From the NCBI RefSeq assembly GCF_009914755.1, contig NC_060936.1: a stretch of 64,000 bases of DNA. One strand, 5' to 3'. Shown here one piece after another: positions 53,986 through 64,000 of this stretch; within the stretch, counting starts at the first letter, position 1, and every line of letters starts with the position of its first letter. Origin of the DNA: the human T2T-CHM13v2.0 reference genome, Homo sapiens. The notes below the pieces were generated by a model. It did no database searches. It was given only the letters and a program-made list of their open reading frames with translations, and was not told the origin of the DNA. The position numbers and the translations under genes were made by a program.

Positions 53986-56900
53986 CCCACAACGTGATTC
54001 CTGACATGTGTGTGCTCCCCTTAAAGGGCCATGGCTTTTTGCCTTGGTTCAAACTGCTAACTTTCTTCCTCTCTCCTTCCCTCTCTCACTTTTTTCCTTC
54101 CTTCTCTCCTCTCTTCTTCATTTCATTTATTGTTTCATTTCTTCTTTTCTCTTTCATTATTTGAATGAAAGACTTGTTGGAGGCCTAATGTTGACAACAC
54201 ATCTGATTGGAGGTGCTCTCATTGCAACAGGAATATGTCTGGGGCGGGAGCGGGGTTAGGGACTGGCTCCAGCCCCATGCCCACTGCTGTCTCACCCCTT
54301 GGAGTGCCACGGATCCTGGGCACTGCAGTTGGAGAATCACCACATGCATCATTTTTGGGAAGACATCTTCCACCTCAGGTCACAGCAAACTATAAAATGC
54401 TTTTGCCAGAATATGTAGATACTGGAGGGAAACCTTCTAAGCCAGAGGCAGGAAACTGAGAGTCAGCAGAGATGTTGTCTGAGCTACGCTATAGCTAAAA
54501 AGTGAAGGTTCTTATAATTTAAAATCCAGAGATTTTAGAGAAAAAAAAGCCTAGATTCCCAGCTTCTCTAGGAAAATCTTCTGCTCTCTAGTACCACTGG
54601 CCAGCCATCCCATCAGTCAGCAAGGACAAAGTGGAGATGCTCCCTTAAAATGAACAGAGCGGAACCAGCGACACCAAATCGCCCAGTGACTCATCTCCAC
54701 GAAAGGGTCAAGTTTCAAAATGGGGTTGCATTTTCTTCAACTTAGACAATCATACTATGCATTTTTTAGAGACGAAGAAGACAAAGGCTGTGTGGGGGTG
54801 GAGAAGGGGTAGGAAAGAATATGAATGTACAAAAATAAAGAGACAAGGGCATTGGTTCTGTATCTTCCCAGAGGAATTCTTTGTCTTGTGTCAGAACGTT
54901 GAATCCTAAGGCCTCCCGGGGGCTCATTTCTCTGTCGGGTCAGTCTGGTCTGACCTTTGCTCTATCACACACATTCCCAGGGTCCAGGTGGACACAGAAC
55001 TATCTCTTCTTCCTTTTGTCTGAGATCTCCAACTCCCTGAAAGACGGATGTCGGTGTTCTAGCCAGGCCCCTGCCCCCAGTGCACCAGAGAGCTTGCCCT
55101 GATGTCACCCTGACCTAGAATTCTGTGCAGCTGCCAGAAAGCTGGAGTTTTCATCCAGTTGTGAAACTTGTATTTTTTTTTCCATTCTGAAACCAAGATT
55201 AGGTTGAGTTGGCTCACAAGTGATGGGCATCTGAGTGGGGAGCTACAGAATGTTCCAAACAGGATCCTGCTGAGTTGCTGCCTTCTATCTGTGGTTGAAG
55301 AGCAAGTTGATGCAAACACACTTTCTGGCTGCAGAGGTTCAAAAGTGTCTGCTCTGACACTGGTGCAAAATGAGAACCTTAATCACCACCTCAGGGTTTG
55401 GATTGGGATTTGGAATAAGGTCTGCGTGGAACCTGGTCCAGTGCCCGGCACATAGTGAGTATATTGTTAACAGTCACGTGTTATTTTTATTCTTATGCCA
55501 ACTACAACAAAACGCTTTCGGGAGGTCACCTCACTGCTCACAAAAATCACATAACAATATCTTTCAAGCCAAAAGGAAAAATACCCCTTCTCTTTTCCCT
55601 TGTCCATGACTATGCCTTTCTTAATGCCCTTCGTTAGCAGAATTGCAGTGGAGGAGGCTGCTCCTGGAGCATGAGAAGTTGTGCTGGCTTCTTTTTCATG
55701 CCTCTTTCCTCCCTGCACAATGGGAATGTCATTATTTCAGTCTTCTATATGGTGCCTCTGAGTCTCGGAGAGATGATGTGAGTGGTTGCAATGCTCACAG
55801 AACTTTGTAAGAGAGTGAAGAGAAGTGCAGGCTGAAAGCTCATTGCAACCTCTGTGGTTCTGTGCCAGTATAGGCATCCGTTTGGGACTGAAAGGGGGTC
55901 TTTGGACATTTGGATGGTTGCCACATCCAATACTAAGGGAAGTGAATTACTTGCTGAGTAGAGTCAGTCAAGTAGCCATGCAGCTCCTGGACAGCACCAG
56001 TACTGGTACCCAGTGGCAGATAAGGAGAATCAGGTCCAGACGTGCTTGCTAAGAAGATGAGATGCAACTCCCTAGAATGCAAGATTGTCTGCAGGCCAGC
56101 AGTGAGAGAGGATCTCCTGGATGTTGAGTAGTGCAGAGTCAACATAAAATGTAGCATCTCCTGTTTCCCAGTCCAATGCTCTTTACAGATCCTCGCCTAA
56201 GACAGCTGGTGGTCAAGAACCACCTGTGGGCCTCAGTTGCTGGACCAAGAACACATCTCTTAGTTTGGAAACACTCTAGACTCAAGACATCTCTCCCTCA
56301 TTTTTAAAGACTAGCAATTCGTGCTTGAGATTTGCAGCCCCTAGCTTGATGGTCAAGACCTTAGATTTCTTTTCCCTCCCAGAGGAATCTCTAGCATCTC
56401 ATAAATCATGATTCTGTGGGCCCTGTTCCCGGCCCTGTGAACTTAAGGAAGATTCACAAAACCCAGTGCTTTGTTTGGTGCAGTAACCTTCCCGTTATAT
56501 CCTTCCCCAGCCACTGAGCAGGACTGAGGGTGATGTGGTGGAGAGTTAGTGCTCTGGCTGTCAATCAAGCCCTGAAGATGGAATGGTGCACTCGATATTA
56601 GTGCCCCAGCAAAGGAAAGTGTTTCACTGCTACTCTTCATGTTGGCACATGCTTGAGATGCAGTTTTTAAGCATATTTGGTGTTTCTTTCTTGATATGCC
56701 ATGGAAAATCTCCTTTAATTCATCTGCAAACATGTAGCCTTCCAGGAGATGGCAGCCTGAGGTCTTGCTGACCACTGACCCACCACTTAGCGCCATCCTT
56801 AGCATATCAGCAGAGGGCACTGGAGACACCTCAGGCTGGATGCCAAGGCTCACCAGAACCCTGGCCCCCCTACAAACTCAGCGTGATGCCTTCCATGCTC

Positions 56901-56986
56901 TTCCTTCTTGTTTCCACCAATAGCGGTTCTATTGATCAACAGCTCTACAAAGCTCGGCCAACTTCCCCTTCTCTGACCTTCTCTAG

Positions 56987-57209
56987 CCAATACTGGCAAA
57001 AGTTTTCTGTAAGGATTTGGATAAGAAATATTTTAGGTTTTGCAGGCTCTACATTGACTGATGCAATTACTCAACCATGTTCTTATAACACGAAAGCAAC
57101 CACAGGAAAATGTAAACAAATATCCAAGGCTGTGCTCCAGTAAAGTGTTACTCACAAAAATAGGCAGCTGGCTGCATTTGGTTCACAGGACACAGTTTGC
57201 TGTCTCCTG
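56987..57209 (-). mobile_element. MER58A hAT MITE
   Basis: ggcaaaagttttctgtaagg...aaatattttaggttttgcagg...ggctgtgctccagtaaag...cagtttgctgtctcctg. Confidence 0.75.
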
Positions 57210-57995
57210 CCCTAAGGAAACAAACAAACAAATTAAAAAAAAAAACTGTTGGAGACTTGTGATGTCATATTTGACCACCAGCTGTCTTAGGCAAGGATCT
57301 GTAAAGAGCATTGGACTCGGAAACAGGAGATGCTACATTTTATGTTAACTCTGCCCTAGCCAGATATGTGGTTGTGGGCAAGCCATCTTTCCTTTATTGG
57401 CTTTAATTTTATCATCTAAAAAATGAAAAAGTTTGGACCAACGGTAGTTCCCAAAATACATATATCTCAAATGCATGGAATTGGTCAGAATTCTTAGTTG
57501 CAGACAAAGAGTCCCTTTAGCTAAGTAGCCCCTCTGAGCAGAAGAGATGTCATTAAAGGATACTAGGCAATTCACATAATCTCTAGGAGAACCACTGAAT
57601 TGAATGTATTTACTACACAGCCAGGGACAGGGCAGCCAGTGATAACACAGACGACAAAGGTCCAACCTCTGCAGAGGACTGTTGTGGTGGAAACACCACT
57701 GTCACCCCTCGGCATGATGATGTGAGGGCCTGGATGCCAGGGGCACCCCACAGCTGCCCCAGGAGAACCAGGGCCACTGTGCTCACCAGAAAACCCCAAC
57801 TGCCTTCCTGGCTGCTGCTCTAGAACCCACTTCTTCCTCTACGTCCCAAATGAGTGGGTCCGACTGGAGCAAACTGCTTCAATCCTGCATCTAGCAGCAA
57901 GGGGTTCTGAGAATGTAGTTTAGGCCTCTCAGCCCCTATAGCAGAGGAGGACAAGCAGAGGGGGTTGAAGGTGCTATTGAGTGAGTGGCCTACAG

Positions 57996-58550
57996 CAGTG
58001 GTCCCTGACCTTTTTGGCACCAGGGACCAGTTTCATGGAAGACAATTTTTCCACAGATGGCGGTGGTGGGGGAAGGATGGTTTTGGGATGATTCAAGTAC
58101 ATTACATTTATTGTGCAGCTTATTTCTATTATTATTACATTGTAATGATAATGAATAATGAATGTTGAATAATAATGAACTAATTACATAAGTCACCGTA
58201 ATGTAGAATCAGTGGGAGCCCTGAGTTTGTTTTCCTGCAACTAGACTGTCCCTTCTGGGAGTGATGGGAGACAGTGACAGATCATCAGGCGTTAGATTTT
58301 CATAAGGCGCACACAACCTCGATCCCTTACATGCGCAGTTCACAATACAGTTCATGCCCCTATGAGAATCTAATGCTGCCACTGACCTGACAGGAGGTGG
58401 AGCTCAGGTGATAATGTGAGCTATGGGGAGTAGCTATAAATAGAGATGGAGCTTTGCTCACTTACCCGCCACTCACCTCCTGCTGTGCAGCCCTATTCCT
58501 AACAGCCCATGGACTGGTACCGGTTCATGGCCCAGGGGTTGGGGACCCCA
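57996..58550 (-). mobile_element. MER1A hAT-Charlie element
   Basis: TIRs cagtggtccctgacc and ggttggggacccc. Internal tttcatggaagacaatttttccac. 8-bp TSD gcctacag (57988-57995) / gcctatag (58551-58558). Confidence 0.88.
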
Positions 58551-58923
58551 GCCTATAGCATCTGCCACACCTACAGAACTGAACAGAGGCCATTCAGGTG
58601 CATACTGCAGGTGTGAGATAAACTAGTTTAGCTCATCATCTGCAGAGCTGGTAATAATCATTCCAAGGCCTCATCAACACAGACACAGGTTACTGCTCAT
58701 TGTTGAATATTCTTGGCCCATATCCTTAACTTGTGGGTGCTTCTCTGTCCCAGATGCCAGTCCTCACTTTGTAGGTGGTTCCATGCCCCAGGATCCCCCA
58801 CCAAAACCCTGGAGCCATCCCTGAGATGTGTTTCTTTGTCTTTATCTTCTGCGTACTATTATGAGGAGAGAAGGGTCCTTTGAACAAAGTTGGCTTAAAG
58901 CCAGTTTCTTTTCTCTCTTCCAG

Positions 58924-59107
58924 GAGCAGCAGTTTATTCAATGAGGTTGTGCAGATGAACTTTGAAATAGCCAGTTTCAGCAGCCTTTCAGGGACTCAGC
59001 CCATCACGTGGCAGGTGGAGTACCCACGGAAGGGGACCACAGACATCGCCGTGTCCGAGATCTTTGTCAGCCAGAAGGACCTGGTGGGCATCGTTCCCTT
59101 GGCTATG
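58924..59107 (+). CDS. TMEM132C: Internal coding exon (184 nt; phase-2 start, phase-0 end) of a TMEM132-family transmembrane protein, best match TMEM132C (probably exon 4)
   Basis: Polypyrimidine tract tttcttttctctcttcCAG ends at 58923 and a consensus donor ATG|GTGAGT starts at 59108. Frame of ORF 58880-59152 gives ...ITWQVEYP...VSEIFVSQKDLVGIVPLAM, the TMEM132 signature. Paralog choice (C rather than B or D) rests on recalled protein sequences. Confidence 0.9.
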
Positions 59108-60281
59108 GTGAGTCCTGAGTTACCTTGGATGCTCCTGCATTCAGCCACCTGACTGCATCCTGTGTCCTTCCTATCTGTCATGGGATGTTTGCTACAATGA
59201 TTTTATGGAGTGTTTACTTTCAAAGTTTCTCGTCTTTCCTCACCCTGGAAGTTGTTACTTTTCATGAGCCTGGCCTTTCTCAACTTTAGTCATGAAGTTT
59301 AGTCCAGCAAGTCACAATCATTGCTGGAGGTGGAAGTGAGCACCTGTGATTTTAAGAAGCTCACCAGGTGATTTCAGTGTGCAGCCAGGGTTGGAAACCC
59401 CTGAGCTAAAAGGATGGTCAGCTTTGCCATCTTTCTGCAAACTCGGTTCCTTCTTGCTCCCCACTCCATGCTTGAGATAGATGCCCTTCATCTCCTCTTT
59501 CCTTAGGATGATGGAGCTCACTCAGCATTGAACTCTCAGAGGCTGTCACTGGGCTGTGAGGTCAACCTGAAATGTAGAAAGTAGATGAGTGACAATGGGC
59601 TTGAGTAGTGCAGCACCATCTATCTGACTCACAATGTGGCCACTCTTAGATTACTGTTAGTAGTGTACACTGATGAGAACGTGTAAGCAAACATGCTACT
59701 TGTGTGAATCATGCTATGAGAAATGGATTAATCAGGATTATAAGAAAATGGATTATTCAGGATTCTTTGAGTTATAAAGGCTACAAACACAATCCAACTT
59801 CAACTTGGCTCATGTAAGTTTAAAAGTCTAGAAAAGTGTTTCTCAGACATTATTGGGCATGCAGATCACAGGAACATTTTGAGTAGATGCCCATCCTCAC
59901 TTAGGAGGTCTGGGTTGGGTACTTATTTTTCAAAGCTCCTAAGCCATGTCAGCGTGGCTGGTCTGCAGACCACACTTGGAGTGTGAGGGGCCCACGTGTG
60001 CAAATGATGTGGTATGGACAGTGGCTTCTCTTCCTTTCTCAGCTCTCCTTCCTCTTTGTTAGTCACAAGGTGGCCCCGGCAATGCCACGCTGGCTTCTTC
60101 ACAGCATCATGTCCAGCAAGAAATGAGTGGAAACCTCACTGCCAATCACTCCAGCAAATCCTTTGGGACAGAGACTGATTGGAACTGATTGGCTTGGGTC
60201 ATGAGCCCAACTTGAAGCCAATCACTGAAATCAAAAGGATGTGTTGTTCTGATTGGCCAGGCCTGGGGAATGTATCACCCT

Positions 60282-60510
60282 GGGGCAGGTGTGGAATCAG
60301 GTGAAGGAGGTGTAGCAGCAGGTGGGACAGGTGTAGCATCAGGTGAGGCAGGTGTGAAATCAAGTGGGGCAGATGCAGAGTCAGGTGGGACAGGTGTGGA
60401 ATCAGATGGGGCAGGTGTGGAATCAGGTGGGGCAGGTGTAGAGTCAGGTGGGACAGGTGTGGAATCAGGTAGGGCAGGTGTAGCCTCAGGTGGGGCAAGT
60501 GTGGAATGAG
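60282..60510. repeat. Minisatellite, 21-bp unit, about 11 copies (ggggcaggtgtggaatcaggt), within an MLT1-like LTR remnant
   Basis: Exact 21-bp periodicity from 60282. Preceded by the MLT1-like motif gaagccaatcactg...ctgattggccaggcctggg. Confidence 0.92.
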
Positions 60511-60678
60511 ACTAAGAGCCTGTGCATCATGGAAAAATTTGGCTTTCACTGAAACAGGGAACAGATGCTGGTCAGACAAAATAGCAGATGTGCACCCCAG
60601 AAGGTATCATCTACCATAAAGATCTGTAAACACTTGGAAGTCAGAGAATGATTCCTTTTGACTTTTTATGTCCTAGAA

Positions 60679-60891
60679 CAGGGGTCAACAAACAACAAGC
60701 CATGGGCCACATCCAATCTGCTGCCCGGTTTTGTACACCATGCAAGCTAAGAATGGTTTTAACATTTTTAAATATCTACATTTTTAAATGGTCCTGTCTA
60801 GCTTCTTCATATGCTCAGTTCTGCCTGTTGGCTCATAAACTCTGAAATATTTACTATCTGGCCCTTTAGAGAGAAAATTTGCAGACCTGTG
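60679..60891 (+). mobile_element. MER58-family hAT MITE
   Basis: caggggtcaacaaac...aaatatttactatctggcccttta...tttgcagacc. 8-bp TSD tcctagaa / tcctagag. Confidence 0.8.
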
Positions 60892-61270
60892 TCCTAGAGC
60901 ACACACCAGCATCAGCTCTGGATTACAAGTGTTCAGTTTCGACCTATTTCAGAAGGATAAGACATTCAAATACTTTGAAAAGGAAAAGCCATCTTAAGAG
61001 TGTGAGATATTATAATGGTCCTTTTCAAGGGAGCACAGGTCTTCCTTGGATGGATGTATTGTTATTCTTGTGGTGGTTGTGTTTTCATAATGCCTTTAAG
61101 GTAAAGTGAAGTGATTACTAATGTCTACTCTTGTCAGGATCCTTTTGTTTGCAAGTAAATGCATGTGAATTCAAACAAGCTTTATTCAAAAGTTCATTGA
61201 TAAACAAACACCTTTGCAGCACCAGCACAGAGCTCTGGGCTCTGAACACTGGATTTGGGTGCTCGTGCAG

Positions 61271-61629
61271 TGTTATGGTTTGGCTGTGTCCCTACCCAAA
61301 TCTCATCTTTAATTGTAGGTCCCATAATTCCCACATGTTGTGGGAGGGACTCGATGGGAGAAAATTGAATCATGGAGGCAGTTTTCACCATACTGTTCTC
61401 ATGAATGTGAATAAGTCTCAAAAGATCTAGTGCTTTTATAAGGGGTTTCGCCTTTCACTTGGCTCTCATTCTCTCTTCCCGTCGCCATGTAAGACATGCT
61501 TTTTGCCTTCTGCCATGATTGTGAGACCTCCCCAGCCACACGGAATGGTGAGTCCATTATCTATTTTCCTTTATAAATTACCCAGTCTCAGGTATGTCTT
61601 TATCAGCAGTGTGAAAACAGACTAATACA
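61271..61629 (+). mobile_element. THE1 (A/B-like) solo LTR
   Basis: tgttatggtttggctgtgtcc...aacagactaataca. TSD TGCAG at 61266-61270 and 61630-61634. Confidence 0.92.
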
Positions 61630-62609
61630 TGCAGTATCACCGTTTTGCATCCCCTGGGATGTACAACTTGACCTCAGCTATGCAAAGCAACATGGAAAAT
61701 TAGAAAATAGATGAGGCAATTTAGAGGGACTTCTATTCTCCTATTTTCTGTATGTTCAAAGTTTTGGTTCAGAATAAGCTTTAGGACATTTATAACCAGG
61801 CAAAAAGTAAACTTTTATTGGAAGTAACTAGCTAATAAAACTGCAGCTTTGACTAGAAGATGAGAAATTTAAAAAAAATTACTGAGCACAAAGCAAATCC
61901 TGTGTTGTCTGTTAGCAGCCAGTGAGACAGCTGGTTAGATCTTTGAACCAATTAAGCATATTTTCCAATTTGTTGATCGTTTTAAAGAAAACAAACTTCA
62001 GAAAGGTGAAACAGGGGATTAACAGATGGAAAATCTGCCTCACTGGGGAAGTTCTTGCCTTAAAATCAAGCATTCTGAAGCTCCTTTTTAAATCCAAGGA
62101 GAGAGCCACGGATAGGAGGATTCAGCCACAGCATTCCCCGTCACCTACTGCCTCTGACTCCCCCTGAGTAAATGCAATGGGAAAAGCAGGGAGACGTGCT
62201 CTCGACTCTCCCCAGAGCAGACCCTGCAGGCGGAAGCCACCTGAATCTCACTTGCTGGTCCCTGGGCACTCTTTTGTTTGGAGAGGACTGATTCCCAAGG
62301 CCACCGTTTTGCTCGTCCTGCCTCCAGGCTTGTTGACAATGAGCCTCTTGCCTTGTGAGGGCAGGAAAGCTCCAAGTCTTAGCTCCACGACCCTCCTGCC
62401 AGCACCCACCTCTCCCTAATCCCCTCCTCCCTGCGCTGTCCCCACTGTGCCAGTGTTAGGCTTGGGGGATGGGGTGAGAGAGGTATCTGAATGGGAGGAC
62501 CAAGGCCACTTTCGTACATAAAGCTTTCAGAACTACAGAGGAAGGAGCATTTGGGACAACTAAAATGTTGGCAGTTCAGTTCTTCTTCAATGTAAGAAAA
62601 AAGGGTTCA

Positions 62610-63025
<416 letters not shown>

Positions 63026-64000
63026 GGAATAAACAAGCAGCAGAATTCATTCAACCTCACACTAAGCTCTGCAGGTATTCATTGCTGCATATCCTCAGAG
63101 GACAGCAGTCAACAGACAAAGTTTGCCTTCCTGCAGGTATACTCTAGTGGAGCGACAGACAGCAAACAGGTAGATACTTCCTAAGGTGAGGTCCAGATAG
63201 TGATCAGACGCTGCTGTCACACAAATCAAGGAGGAGTAAGGGGATGGGGTCTAACTGATTTCTAGCTCTGTTAGCGTCATGGACTTTCTTCCTACTGCTT
63301 ATTTGAAATTAAAACAAAACAAAAAACAAAGAAACTAAATTTTAGGCAAAAAACTCTAGAGAAGGCAGTAACCACTAATTTTGGCGGTGTAGGAAGAAGT
63401 TCTTTGCCCCCGGGACTGATATATTTAGTCTGAAATTAAATTTCCTGAGAAGTGGTGAGATTTACCTGGAATTTTGAAAAGTTTCAAATCATTGCCATTT
63501 TTCATCCTTTGCAAACTCATTATGAAATCATTTTCCTTGACCCCTAAAACATGACAGTAACTTGGGTTTTTTTTTTCTTACACAGAGCTTTCAAAATTCC
63601 TAGAACATGTTCCTATCTCTCTGCATAAAATCAAATTAAAAATAAAGTGGCAATCAGTAGGGTTGTTTAAAGGAGAGATTGCTACTTATTCTTGCATCTG
63701 CAAAATGATTATCTAATTCTTACCTCTCTGGGGTGTCATAGAGATTCATTAGGGCTTGAGAGATCCTTGGAGACCCTGGATGAAGCACGCCACTAGAAAG
63801 GATGATCAAGAAGGAGATGGCAGCGGGGCCTTCTCCCGTGACTGGTTTGCCCTTCCAGACCCTTCTCGGCTCTGCTCTGGGCCCTGGGGGCTGGCCCATG
63901 TGAACTACAGCCCCCAGGCTCCCTTGCCCTCTGGCTTCTGGAGGGCTTTAACCAGTGGGAGGCACCAGAGAGAACTGGAGGGAATGGGTTGAATTATGCC

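Noticed and set aside
60199-60579. Repeat-protein ORFs on both strands (GAGVESG)n / (PHLIPHL)n
   Set aside because: A 21-bp unit lacking stops automatically gives open frames. There is no independent exon evidence.

Overview
Primate (most likely human) genomic DNA, almost entirely intronic. The only supportable protein-coding sequence is one 184-nt internal exon (58924-59107, + strand, canonical AG/GT) encoding SSSLFNEVVQMNFEIASFSSLSGTQPITWQVEYPRKGTTDIAVSEIFVSQKDLVGIVPLAM. I recognise this as TMEM132-family, best matching TMEM132C from memory, so about 59 kb is one long upstream intron and about 5 kb is the next intron. The rest is layered repeats: about 16 Alu copies, four THE1 solo LTRs, MLT1/MLT2/LTR33-like LTRs, L1PA/L1M and L2 fragments, MIRs, hAT MITEs (MER1A, MER20, MER58) and a piggyBac MITE (MER85). 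There are also five minisatellites (49, 65, 73, 25 and 21 bp units) and several microsatellite or low-complexity tracts. I see no new gene system. The most notable structures are: (1) an apparent L1 3' transduction, with one TSD pair enclosing L1PA + polyA + foreign L1MB piece + AATAAA + second polyA; (2) a 16-copy VNTR that amplified an LTR CCAAT/E-box module; (3) an intact MER85 with its PGBD3-binding palindrome; (4) an AluY with an approximately 40-bp target duplication; (5) a VNTR born inside an Alu; (6) a 73-bp VNTR made of splice-acceptor-like units; (7) a helically phased CAGGTG array near the exon. Repeat subfamily calls come from recalled consensus sequences, not a RepeatMasker run, and boundaries without TSDs are approximate.
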